A stretch of 64,000 nt of DNA. Source: Candidatus Rokuibacteriota bacterium. Its GTDB lineage: Bacteria > Methylomirabilota > Methylomirabilia > Rokubacteriales > CSP1-6. The stretch spans positions 19,666 to 83,665 of the forward strand of contig QHRU01000040.1 in NCBI GenBank assembly GCA_003220225.1, read 5' to 3'. The notes below the pieces were generated by a model. It was not told where the DNA came from and made no database searches. It saw only the letters and a list, made by a program, of their open reading frames with translations. A program made the position numbers and the translations under genes. Below, piece after piece: positions 27,566-36,941 of this stretch. Each line of letters begins with the position of its first letter. The first letter of the stretch is position 1.

Positions 27566-29113
27566 ATGAAGGAGCACGCCGACGACCTGGCCGCCCGGCG
27601 CGAGCGCGCCGAGCAGATGGGCGGCAAGGCGGCCGTCGACAAGCAGCACGCCGCCGGCAAGCTGACGGTGCGCGAGCGGATCGACCGGCTCTTCGATGCC
27701 GGCACCTTCACCGAGATCGGGGTGCACGCGACCCACGCCGGGATCGCCCCCGAGCTGGAGGGCAAGGTGACGCCGGCGGACGGCGTCGTCACCGGCTTCG
27801 GCAAGATCGACGGGCGGCTGGCCTCCGTCATCGCGTACGACTTCACGGTCATGGCCGGCTCGATGGGCCGCAACGCCGAGGCGAAGTGCAACCGCGCGCG
27901 CGAGATCGCCTACACCAAGCGGATCCCGATGATCTGGCTGATCGACTCCGCGGGCGCGCGGATCCAGGAGGCGATCGGCTCGCGCTGGTTCGCCGGCTCG
28001 GGCCTGCTCTTCCGCGAGGAGTCGATCATGTCGGGCGTGGTGCCGCAGGTGGCGGCGATGATGGGCCCCGGCGCCGCCGGCACCGCCTACATCCCGGCCC
28101 TCGCCGACTTCGTGCCGATGGTGAAGGGGACGAGCAACATGGCGCTCGGCGGGCCGCCGCTGGTCAAGGCGGTGGTCGGCGAGGACATCACCGCCGAGGA
28201 GCTGGGCGGCTCCAAGGTCCACTGCGAGATCTCCGGCGTGGGCGACCTCGAGGTCGAGGACGACGAGCATTGCCTGCGCGTGGTGAAGGAGTACCTGTCG
28301 TACTTCCCATCACACAACCAGGAGCCGCCGCCGGTGATCGCGTGCGAGGACGCCGCCGAGCGCCGCGACGAGGCGCTGCTGACGATCCTGCCCGACAGCC
28401 CGCGCCGCGCCTACGACGTCAAGAAGGTGCTGCGCGCGGTGGTGGACCACGGCCGGCTCTTCGAGATCAAGCCGGGCTGGGCCAAGAACATCGTGGTGGC
28501 GCTCGCGAGGCTGAACGGCCGTGCCGTCGGCGTCGTCGCCAACCAGCCGATGGTGCTCGGGGGCGCGCTCGACATCGACGCCGCCGACAAGGCCGCGCGC
28601 TTCATCATGCTGTGCGACGCGTTCGGCATTCCGCTCGTGTTCTTCCAGGACGTGCCCGGCTTCATGGTCGGCAGCAAAGTCGAGCGCGCCGGCATCATCC
28701 GGCACGGCGCCAAGATGCTCTATGCGGTGAGCGAGGCCACGGTGCCCAAGCTGACGGTGGTGATGCGCAAGGCGTACGGCGCCGGCTACTTCGTGATGTG
28801 CGGCCGCGCCTACGAGCCTGATCTCATCGTGGGCTGGCCGACGGCCGAGATCAGCGTCATGGGGCCGGAGGGCGGGACCAACATCGTCTTCCGCAAGGAG
28901 ATCGCCGCCGCCGCCGAGCCGGACGCCGAGCGCGCGAAGAAGGTCGAGCAGTTCCGCCAGCTCATCAGCCCCTACATCGCCGCCGGCGCCGCCCTCATCG
29001 ACGACGTCATCGATCCGCGCGACACCCGACCGACGCTGATCCGGGCGCTCGAGATGGCCCGCACCAAACGGGTCGACCGCCCATGGCGCAAGCACGGCGT
29101 CATGCCGGTGTGA
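27566..29113 (+). CDS. Acyl-CoA carboxylase carboxyltransferase (beta) subunit
   Basis: DFTVMAGSMG, DSAGARIQE, DVPGFMVG, RKAYGAG and KHGVMPV. Confidence 0.92.
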   Translation: MKEHADDLAARRERAEQMGGKAAVDKQHAAGKLTVRERIDRLFDAGTFTEIGVHATHAGIAPELEGKVTPADGVVTGFGKIDGRLASVIAYDFTVMAGSMGRNAEAKCNRAREIAYTKRIPMIWLIDSAGARIQEAIGSRWFAGSGLLFREESIMSGVVPQVAAMMGPGAAGTAYIPALADFVPMVKGTSNMALGGPPLVKAVVGEDITAEELGGSKVHCEISGVGDLEVEDDEHCLRVVKEYLSYFPSHNQEPPPVIACEDAAERRDEALLTILPDSPRRAYDVKKVLRAVVDHGRLFEIKPGWAKNIVVALARLNGRAVGVVANQPMVLGGALDIDAADKAARFIMLCDAFGIPLVFFQDVPGFMVGSKVERAGIIRHGAKMLYAVSEATVPKLTVVMRKAYGAGYFVMCGRAYEPDLIVGWPTAEISVMGPEGGTNIVFRKEIAAAAEPDAERAKKVEQFRQLISPYIAAGAALIDDVIDPRDTRPTLIRALEMARTKRVDRPWRKHGVMPV

Positions 29114-29256
29114 GGCGGGAGCGATGGGCGGGCGCACGCTGATCATGGCCGTCGAGGCGCGGGCGCGGCTGAAGGCGACGTATCGCATCGAGGCCGGCCA
29201 CGAATAGCAAGCTGCTTCCGCCCGCGCTCTACGTCGCCAGCGCGCTCGCGATCGGC

Positions 29257-29634
29257 GTGTTCGTCGGCTCGCTGAACCTGCCCCACTACTCCCGCCTCGA
29301 GGCCCACGGCGCCAGCGCCCGGGCACAGGTGACGTCCACCGATTGCGGTAATCATGGAGCGGTGGCCTACGAGTTCCGGGTCGACGATCGCACCTACGCC
29401 GGGCGCGGCAACGCCGGCTACGGCATTCCGGCGTGCGGTCACCTGAAGCCGGGAGACACGGTGCTCGTCCGGTACCTCGTCGCCGATCCGAGGGAGAGCC
29501 TGCCCGGCGACATCAACGACCGGCTGCGCAACGAGTGGCTCAGCGTCGTGCTGGCGGCGTTCGGGTTGCCGCTGATCATCCTGTTCTTCGCGCGGCGCCA
29601 GGTCAGGCGCTGGGGCGGCGCCCCGTCGTCATGA
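29257..29634 (+). CDS. DUF3592-like membrane protein (true start possibly ~29200)
   Basis: TM - beta domain (YEFRVDDRTY, GDTVLVRY...P) - TM architecture. Confidence 0.55.
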   Translation: MFVGSLNLPHYSRLEAHGASARAQVTSTDCGNHGAVAYEFRVDDRTYAGRGNAGYGIPACGHLKPGDTVLVRYLVADPRESLPGDINDRLRNEWLSVVLAAFGLPLIILFFARRQVRRWGGAPSS

Positions 29635-30086
29635 GGCCGGCGCCGCTCTTGCGGATCTCGTGGCGTCTCGCCGGCTGGCTGTTCGCGCACCGGCTCGAGA
29701 AGTCGCATCCGGCGCACGTCGTCGCCTGGTGGGAGCTGCGGCGGCTGCCGTACAACATGATCGTGGGCGCGACCGGTGTCTTGAGCCTCGGGGTGTTCTT
29801 CGCGGTCGCCTTCGGGTGCGAGCGCAGCCGCGGCGTGCCGCTCGGGCTGCCGAGCCCGCCGCTGCTCGTGGTCATCGCGGTCGCCGCGTACTTGATCGTG
29901 GCGAACATCTTCTACACGGGCGGATGGATCCTCGAGCTGCTCGTGGCGAAGGTGTGGCGCGTCAGCACCCCCGTGTTCGGGCCGATCGCGTTCACGCTGG
30001 GCACGGCGTTGTCGGTGGTCGTGACCCTCGTCCCCGCCGGTCTGGTGATCCTCCTGGCCGTGTTCACGTCGTGCCGGGGGCTGTGA
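29631..30086 (+). CDS. Hypothetical membrane protein
   Basis: WWELRRLPYNMIVG and ANIFYTGGW; 3 TM segments; ATGA coupling. Confidence 0.6.
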   Translation: MRPAPLLRISWRLAGWLFAHRLEKSHPAHVVAWWELRRLPYNMIVGATGVLSLGVFFAVAFGCERSRGVPLGLPSPPLLVVIAVAAYLIVANIFYTGGWILELLVAKVWRVSTPVFGPIAFTLGTALSVVVTLVPAGLVILLAVFTSCRGL

Positions 30087-30120
30087 GGCGCGCCGGCCGC
30101 ATCGTGGCCGTCCTGACCCG

Positions 30121-31359
30121 GTGAGCCTCTCGCCGGTCGCCGCGCTGGCGGGGCGGCTGGTGGTGGCCGAGGTCCTCCAGGAGCCGAGCTACCGTCGGCT
30201 CTGGGTCTCCGGCCTCTGCGTCAATGTCGCGCGCTGGATGGACCTCGTCACGGTCGGATGGCTGGCGCTCCAGCTCACCGGCTCGCCCTTCATGGTCGGT
30301 CTCGCGGCATTCGCGCGCGCGGCCCCGCTGATGGCCGTCGGGCCCTTCGCCGGCATCGTGGCCGATCGCATGGTGCGCGGGCGGGTGCTGCTGGCCGCGC
30401 AGTCGGTCGGTCTCGTGACGGCGCTCGCGCTCGCCGCGATCTTCGCCAGCCGCGCGGGCGGCTACTGGCCCCTGGTCGCGCTGGAGATCGTGTTTGGCGC
30501 GATGTGGGCGCTGGACTTCCCGGCGCGCCGCACCGCGCTCTACACGATCCTCGGCGCCTCGCGCGTCGCCCAGGCCGTCTCGCTCGAGACCGTCTCGATG
30601 CAGATCGCCAAGATGCTCGGCCCGCTGGCCGCCGGCGTCTGCCTCGCGCGGCTGGGCCCGGCCGCGTCGTATCTGGTCATGGCGCTCGTGTACACGGCGG
30701 GGCTGCTCGCATCCCGCGGTCTCGTCGGGCGGCTCGGCGGTCCGGGCGGCGGTGCGCCGACGTCCGTGGTGGCGAGCCTGCGTACGGGTCTGCAGGCGGC
30801 GTGGACGAGCCCGACCGTGCGCGGCGTGTTGCTCGTCACCGTCGCGATGAACACGCTGTTCTTTCCCTACCAGCACATGCTGCCCGTCTTCGCGCGCGAC
30901 GTCCTGGCCGTCGGCCCGACCGCGCTCGGCGCGCTCGTCGCGGCCGACGGCTGCGGCGCGCTGCTCGGCGCGCTGATGATCGCCTCGCGAGGCGGTCAGT
31001 TCGCCCAGCGCACGCTGTTCGCCGCCTCCGTGCTCGTGGCGCCGGTCCTCCTCGTGGCGCTGTCCGGCTCGCGCTCGTTCCTCGCGTGCGTCGCGCTGCT
31101 GGTCGTCATGGGCGCGGCGGAGTCGGGGTTCGCCGCGATGCAGAGCACGCTCGTGCTGCTCTCGGCGCCCGAGCGGGTGCGGGGCGGGGCGATGGGGATC
31201 CTGTCGGCGTGCATCGGGACGCAGCCGCTCGGCACGCTGGCCATCGGCCTGCTGGCGGCCAGCGTGGGCGCGCCCCTGGCCTTCGCCGTGAACGCGCTCG
31301 CCGCCCTGCTCGTGATCATCCCGCTCGCGGTGCCGCTCGCGCGGGGCCGCCCCGGCTGA
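30121..31359 (+). CDS. MFS transporter
   Basis: About 12 TM segments and a GIVADRMVR motif A. Confidence 0.88.
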   Translation: MSLSPVAALAGRLVVAEVLQEPSYRRLWVSGLCVNVARWMDLVTVGWLALQLTGSPFMVGLAAFARAAPLMAVGPFAGIVADRMVRGRVLLAAQSVGLVTALALAAIFASRAGGYWPLVALEIVFGAMWALDFPARRTALYTILGASRVAQAVSLETVSMQIAKMLGPLAAGVCLARLGPAASYLVMALVYTAGLLASRGLVGRLGGPGGGAPTSVVASLRTGLQAAWTSPTVRGVLLVTVAMNTLFFPYQHMLPVFARDVLAVGPTALGALVAADGCGALLGALMIASRGGQFAQRTLFAASVLVAPVLLVALSGSRSFLACVALLVVMGAAESGFAAMQSTLVLLSAPERVRGGAMGILSACIGTQPLGTLAIGLLAASVGAPLAFAVNALAALLVIIPLAVPLARGRPG

Positions 31360-31367
31360 GCGCGGGC

Positions 31368-32612
31368 TCAGCAGTAGCGGCAGGGCGGGACGTCGCGGCT
31401 GTAGACGGGCTGCCGGAGAAAGGCATCCGGGCTGTACTTCCAGAACTGCGAGACGGCGGGGATCGTCACGATCACGGTGTTCTGGAGCTCGCCCTCTCGG
31501 TTGCGCTCCACTTTCCTGAAGTAGACGTTCTGGATCGGATTGCCGTACGTGTCGAGCCTGACGGGCCCCCGCGGCGCGTCGGCGATCTCGACCTTCCGCA
31601 GCGCCGCCAGCAGCTTCTCGCGGTCTTCCACGTTGCCGCCGAGCGCCTTGACCGCCTCGTTGATCCAGCGTCCGCTCGTGTAGTTCGTCTCCGAAAAGTA
31701 GGAGGGGACCTTGCCGAAGCGCGCGCGGTACTCCTTGACGAAGCGCCGGTTGGCGGGCGTCTCGAGCGCGCCGCTGTAGATGAGCGGAGTGACGACGCCC
31801 AGGGCCTCGTCGCCCATCGACGGCAGGAGGGCCTCGTCGACGGCCGGGCCGCCGCCGATCAGCGGGATCCTGGCCTTCAGCCCCGCCTCCTCGTACTGCT
31901 TGAGGAACTGCAGCGTCGAGGCGCCGGCGATCATCGTCAGGACCGCGTCGGCGTCCCGGCGGATCTTCGCGATGTACGGCGAGAGATCCATGACGCCGAG
32001 CGGGGCCCAGAGCTTCTGGATCACCTGGCCGCCGTTCTCCTCGAACGTGCGCTGGAATCCACCGACGACTTCCCAGCCGAACGCGTAGTCGGAGGCGACG
32101 ACGGCGACCTTGCGATAGCCGAGCGTCCTGGCGGCGTACTCACCGAAGGGGTGGGAGGGCTGGCTCGACGCCCACCCGGTCCGGATGACCCAGCGGTACT
32201 TGAGCCGCTGCGTGAGGTCGTCCGAGGCCGCGACGGTGAAGAGCGCCGGGATGCGGTACTCCTCCACCTTCGGGGCCATCGCGTAGCCGATGTGGCCGAA
32301 GAGCACGCCGGCCACGATGTGGACGCGGTCGTGCTCGACGATCTTGCGCAGCTTGGTCAGCGCGACGTCGGGCCGGCCCTGGCTGTCTTCCACGATCAGC
32401 TCGACCTTCCGCCCCGCCATCTGCGAGCCGATCTCGTCCAGGTACAGCGTCAGGCCGTTGACCATGTCCTTGGCCGCCTGCGCCGCCGGCCCGGTGAGGT
32501 CGGTGACGAAGCCGATCCTGATCGGCCCCGGCTGAGCCGGGGCCACGCCGATACCCGCGAGGAGGAGGACCAGCAGGGCGCCCAGCACGATCGAGAACCT
32601 GTTCGCACTCAT
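31368..32612 (-). CDS. Branched-chain amino acid-type ABC substrate-binding protein
   Basis: Signal peptide, IRIGFVTDLTG, IVEDS.G.P and DYAFG. Confidence 0.85.
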   Translation of the reverse strand: MSANRFSIVLGALLVLLLAGIGVAPAQPGPIRIGFVTDLTGPAAQAAKDMVNGLTLYLDEIGSQMAGRKVELIVEDSQGRPDVALTKLRKIVEHDRVHIVAGVLFGHIGYAMAPKVEEYRIPALFTVAASDDLTQRLKYRWVIRTGWASSQPSHPFGEYAARTLGYRKVAVVASDYAFGWEVVGGFQRTFEENGGQVIQKLWAPLGVMDLSPYIAKIRRDADAVLTMIAGASTLQFLKQYEEAGLKARIPLIGGGPAVDEALLPSMGDEALGVVTPLIYSGALETPANRRFVKEYRARFGKVPSYFSETNYTSGRWINEAVKALGGNVEDREKLLAALRKVEIADAPRGPVRLDTYGNPIQNVYFRKVERNREGELQNTVIVTIPAVSQFWKYSPDAFLRQPVYSRDVPPCRYC

Positions 32613-32678
32613 GGCCGCTCCTCCTGGTGGACGGGGTTGCGCCAGATGATAGCGCCCTCCGCGTGCTATAGGGACGGG

Positions 32679-33131
32679 GTGAGGATCGCGCTTGCCGCCG
32701 TCCTGCTCTGGGCCACCACGGTGTCCGCGCAGCCGGCTCAGTATCGCCACGCCTACTATTTTGTTCCTCGCCGACAGGGTGACGGGCTGCGAGCCCTGCT
32801 ACATCCCGTTGCTGCTGACCTCCGCGCCGCTCGACGCGCTCGGCGTCCCGGCTCTCGATGTCGTCGTGATCACGACGTACGAGCGCGACTCGATCTGGTC
32901 GTCGGAGAAGGCGTGCGGCTCGCGGCGGCCGACGTCGTCCCGGTCGGGCGGACGCTACGTCTGCGCGACAAGCGCTATCGCTACCAGGAGATCTCGCCCC
33001 GCGAGGTCGTGCGGCTGCTGGAGAATCCCCGCGGTGCGATCCCGATCGGCCGACCGATGACGCCGGCGCTGCCCGCGGCCGAGCTCGCCCAGCTGCTCGC
33101 CGACTTCCGCGCGCTCTCCACCGAACGCTGA
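32679..33131 (+). pseudogene. Small secreted protein gene with two compensating frameshifts
   Basis: Signal peptide in one frame. The GC3-biased CxxC segment is in another frame from ~32760 to ~32910, then reading returns to the first frame. Confidence 0.5.
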
Positions 33132-33149
33132 GATTCCCAGAGTGCTACG

Positions 33150-34454
33150 ATGCCGGCCACGATGAAGGCCGTTGCGGCCGCATGCACGCTCGTCAGCCTG
33201 CTCGCCGGATGCGCGGCGCCCGGGGCGCCCGGCGCGCGCGACGGCATCGCCTCGGGCTCGCCGGCCGCTTCCGCGCCCGCGCCGCGCTTCGCGCCGAGCG
33301 GTCCGGACGCCGAGGACTACGGAGCGAGCGACGGCCACCCGACCGGCGATCGCACGAGCTTCTTCCGCACGCCGTTCCTGGTCGGCTCCCACAGCCAGCT
33401 CGACCAGGTGTTCGAGGGCCGGCTCGTCCGGCGTGCCGCCACGCCGTCGCGGCTGGGGCGCGCAGCCTCGGAGCCGGCGATCCAGTACTACTACCAGGGC
33501 GCGGCCGCGGACCTCGACCGGTACCTCTCGCGCAACCCGGCCACCGGGCTCCTCGTCGCGCGTGGCGACACGATCCTCATCGAGCGCTACCAGTACGGGC
33601 GCAACGATCGCCATCGATTCACCTCGTGGTCGATGGCGAAGACCGTCACCTCGATGCTGGTCGGCATCGCGATCGCAGAGGGCCGCATCCGCTCCGTCGA
33701 CGATCCCGCCGCCGTCTATGTGCCTGCGCTCGCCGGGACCGAATACGGTCGGACGTCGCTCCGCCACTTGCTGCAGATGTCTTCGGGGGTCCGGTTCGTC
33801 GAGGAGTATTCGGGCCGGGACGACGTGGCGCGGCTCTCGGCCGACACCTTCCGACAGGTCGGCTCCGGCGGCGTGGAGGCGGTGACCCCGTACGACCAGC
33901 GCGTGCTGCCGGCCGGCGCCAAGTTCTCCTATGCCTCGGTGGAGACGCAGGTCCTGGGCCTCGTGTTGCGCAATGCCGTCGGCCGGCCGGTCGCCGACTA
34001 CCTGTCAGAGAAGATCTGGCAGCCGATGGGCGCCGAGGCTGACGCCACGTGGCTCGTGGATCGCACAGGCCAGGAAGCGACCTACTGCTGCATCAACGCG
34101 GTGCTGAGAGACTACGCGCGGCTGGGACTGCTGCTCGCGCACGACGGCAACTGGCGGGGTCGACAGATCATCCCGTCTGCCTGGATCGCGGAGGCCACTC
34201 GCGTGCGGCCGGAGCAAGGTCATGTCAAGCCGGGCGTCGCGACGCCGTTCTTCGGCTACGGCTACCAGACCTGGATCTTCCCGGGGGAGCGGCCGATGTT
34301 CGCCCTCCTCGGCGTGCGCGGTCAGACGATCATGGTCGATCCCACCAGTCGTCTCGTCATGGTTCACACCGCGGTCCGCAAGCAGCCCTCCAGTCCAGGC
34401 CCCAGCGAGCTGGGCGCGCTCTGGCGGACCGTCGTGACCGAGTTGGGCACCTGA
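33150..34454 (+). CDS. Serine hydrolase, beta-lactamase class C/NylB-like lipoprotein
   Basis: Lipobox LLAGC, SWSMAK (SxxK), LLQMSSG, FSYAS and YGYQTW. Confidence 0.85.
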   Translation: MPATMKAVAAACTLVSLLAGCAAPGAPGARDGIASGSPAASAPAPRFAPSGPDAEDYGASDGHPTGDRTSFFRTPFLVGSHSQLDQVFEGRLVRRAATPSRLGRAASEPAIQYYYQGAAADLDRYLSRNPATGLLVARGDTILIERYQYGRNDRHRFTSWSMAKTVTSMLVGIAIAEGRIRSVDDPAAVYVPALAGTEYGRTSLRHLLQMSSGVRFVEEYSGRDDVARLSADTFRQVGSGGVEAVTPYDQRVLPAGAKFSYASVETQVLGLVLRNAVGRPVADYLSEKIWQPMGAEADATWLVDRTGQEATYCCINAVLRDYARLGLLLAHDGNWRGRQIIPSAWIAEATRVRPEQGHVKPGVATPFFGYGYQTWIFPGERPMFALLGVRGQTIMVDPTSRLVMVHTAVRKQPSSPGPSELGALWRTVVTELGT

Positions 34455-34482
34455 CCGAGACTCTCGCCGCGGCAGGGTGGCG

Positions 34483-34989
34483 GTCGATTCGCGAGCCGAA
34501 CGGCCGCCTCGGCATCCGCCGCGCGGTCGCCGACCGAGGTCATCGCGAGAACAGCCGCCGCGGGTGAGGGCGGGGGTGGCGGCAGGGCCGCCCCCGTGAG
34601 GGCCGTGTTTCGGCTAACGCGTCGGACCCGGCCCGGAATCGGTGCTCGCTGACAGGCGCGCCGTCCTGTCGATTCGCGAGCCGAACGGCCGCCGCGGCAT
34701 CCGCCGCGCGGTCGCCGACCGAGGTCATCGCGAGAACAGCCGCCGCGGGTAAGGGCCGGGGGGCGGCGGCAGGGCCGCCCCCCGTGAGGGCCGTGTTTCG
34801 GGTAACGCGTCGGACCCGGCCCGGAATCGGTGCCCGCTGACCGGCGCACCGTCCGGTCGATTCGCGAGCCGAACGGCCGCCGCGGCATCCGCTGTGCGGT
34901 CGCCGACCGAAGTCATCACGAGAACGGCCGCCGCGGGCACGGTCGATTTGCGTGCCCGAACGGGGGCGGCCCTGCCGCCACCCCCGCCC
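34483..34989. repeat. ~185-188 bp tandem repeat (2 full copies + 1 partial) ending in a 29-bp inverted copy of an internal segment
   Basis: GTCGATTCGCGAGCCGAACGGCCGCC starts at 34483, 34668 and 34856. 34568-34596 is the reverse complement of 34961-34989. Confidence 0.9.
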
Positions 34990-35001
34990 GTTCACGAGCG
35001 G

Positions 35002-36501
35002 CTAATTCTCGACGAAGGCCTTGAGGTTGCGCCCGCGCAGCGGGTGGCGCAGCTTGCGGAGCGCCTTGGCCTCGATCTGCCGGATGCGCTCGCGCGTCAC
35101 CGCGAAGCGCTTGCCGACCTCTTCGAGCGTGTGCTCCCCCTCTTCGCCGATGCCGAACCGGAGGCGCAGGATCTCCTTCTCCTTCGGCGACAGCGTGGCC
35201 AGCGCGCGCTCGACCTGGGTCGTGAGGTCCTGACCCATCAGCGTGTCGTTGGGCGAGCCGGCCGACTTGTCCTCTAGAAAATCGCCGAGCTCGCTGTCCT
35301 CGCCGATCGGCGTCTCCAGCGACAGCGGCTTGCGCGACGACTCGAGGATGAGCCGCACCTTCTTGGCCGGCACGCCCGTGCGCTGCGCCAGCTCCTCGGG
35401 TGTGGGCTCACGACCCATCTCGTTGACCATGTTGCGGTTGACGCGCGAGATGCGGTTGAGCGTCTCGACCATGTGCACCGGAATCCGGATGGTGCGCGAG
35501 TGGTCCGCGATCGCGCGGGTGATGGCCTGACGGATCCACCACGTCGCGTAGGTCGAGAACTTGAACCCACGCCGGTACTGGAACCGGTCCACGGCCTTCA
35601 TGAGGCCGATGTTGCCCTCCTGGACGAGGTCCAGCAGCGACAGGTCGCTGCCCAGGTAGCGCTTGGCCACCGAGACGACGAGGCGCAGGTTGGCTTCCAT
35701 CAGCTCGCGCTTGGCCTGGCGCACCGTGCGGTCACTCGTCTCGATCTCGGCCAGCAGGGTCTGAAGCTGCTTGCGGAGTAGCCCGGCCTCCGACTCGAGC
35801 CGCTTGAGCTCCTTCGCCGGCGCGGTCGTCCGGTTGCGGCGCGACTCCTGGGCCAGGGCATCGATGCGCTGGCAGAGGCGCCGCACCTTGCCGACAAGGT
35901 CGTCGATAAGCGCCGGCTTGAGCGGCATGTCGGCGACGGTCTTCTGGATCCCCGCGCGATAGGTCGCGATCTGCTTCTGGACGCTGGCGCGCCACGACGC
36001 CGAGCGGCGCTTGTCGCCCAGCGACTCCTCGAGCCGCGCGATCTTACGCTCCAGGCGGCGAATGCGGCCGAACGCCAGGAGGACGGGACGGATCTCCTTG
36101 GCCTCCAGCTCGCCCCCCTCGGGCAGCACGATCACGTCGTCGGCCGCGATGTCGTTGTGACGGAGCCGGTCGCCCACGTCCAGCAGCGCCCGAACGGCCA
36201 GCGGGATGCCCGCGAGCCCGCGGCGGAGCGCGATCTGGCCGACCTCGATCCGCCGGCCGATCTGGACTTCCTGCTGGGCCGTTAGGAGGGGAACCTTGCC
36301 GATTTCCTTGAGGTATAGACGGACCGGGTCCTCGCCCTTCGCCGGGAGCGGCGTGAGCGCCTCCTCGGGGACGGGCTGGACCTCGTCGTCGTCGTGGATC
36401 GTGGCGGGCGGGGTCTCCTCCTCGGTGGCCAGGGCGGCTGCGGGGACGAGGTGCTCCGCCTCGCTGTTGTGATTCTCCTGCGCCTGCTCGCGAAATGTCA
36501 T
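35002..36501 (-). CDS. RpoD-like sigma70 factor lacking a recognisable region 1.1
   Basis: [35 protein letters not shown] and [20 protein letters not shown]. Confidence 0.88.
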   Translation of the reverse strand: MTFREQAQENHNSEAEHLVPAAALATEEETPPATIHDDDEVQPVPEEALTPLPAKGEDPVRLYLKEIGKVPLLTAQQEVQIGRRIEVGQIALRRGLAGIPLAVRALLDVGDRLRHNDIAADDVIVLPEGGELEAKEIRPVLLAFGRIRRLERKIARLEESLGDKRRSASWRASVQKQIATYRAGIQKTVADMPLKPALIDDLVGKVRRLCQRIDALAQESRRNRTTAPAKELKRLESEAGLLRKQLQTLLAEIETSDRTVRQAKRELMEANLRLVVSVAKRYLGSDLSLLDLVQEGNIGLMKAVDRFQYRRGFKFSTYATWWIRQAITRAIADHSRTIRIPVHMVETLNRISRVNRNMVNEMGREPTPEELAQRTGVPAKKVRLILESSRKPLSLETPIGEDSELGDFLEDKSAGSPNDTLMGQDLTTQVERALATLSPKEKEILRLRFGIGEEGEHTLEEVGKRFAVTRERIRQIEAKALRKLRHPLRGRNLKAFVEN

Positions 36502-36941
36502 GGTGTCACCGGCTTGCGTTTGCCTGTATGATGCTGTGCGCCTCCGGAACGTTTCTTTGCGCCGGAGGAGAGTTCAAGAAGCAGGCCAAGGATTCCCAAC
36601 TTTTCCTAACCGGTTGTAAGGCCTACGTCTCCGATGCGCCATGGGACCTTGGGCCAACAGTCAGATGGGAATTTCTCTTCATGTATTCAGGTCTTGATTG
36701 CTCTGCTATCCTTTTTCGGCCGGGGAATCGTGGGCGCCGAGGTCCTTGTCCCCCGGGTATGGGCCCGCCAATTCGTCTCAGACTGTCGAGCGTGTTCTAC
36801 AACGGGACTGACGAGACGTTCATCCGCCGACGCGCGAGAGCGCCACTAAGGAACGCCGAGGACCGGGCCCCGGGTTCCCTGTGAACCGGGGGGGGCCGCG
36901 CCAAGTTGACTTGGCTCGGCGGGCGAGGGTAGAAGCGAAGA

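Noticed and set aside
34483..34989. Possible CRISPR array or repeat-protein gene
   Set aside because: The whole ~185-bp unit repeats with no unique spacers, no cas genes are present, and periods are not multiples of 3.
36495..36884. 129-aa ORF upstream of the sigma factor
   Set aside because: Lacks the GC3 bias, RBS and motifs of real genes; more likely intergenic regulatory DNA.
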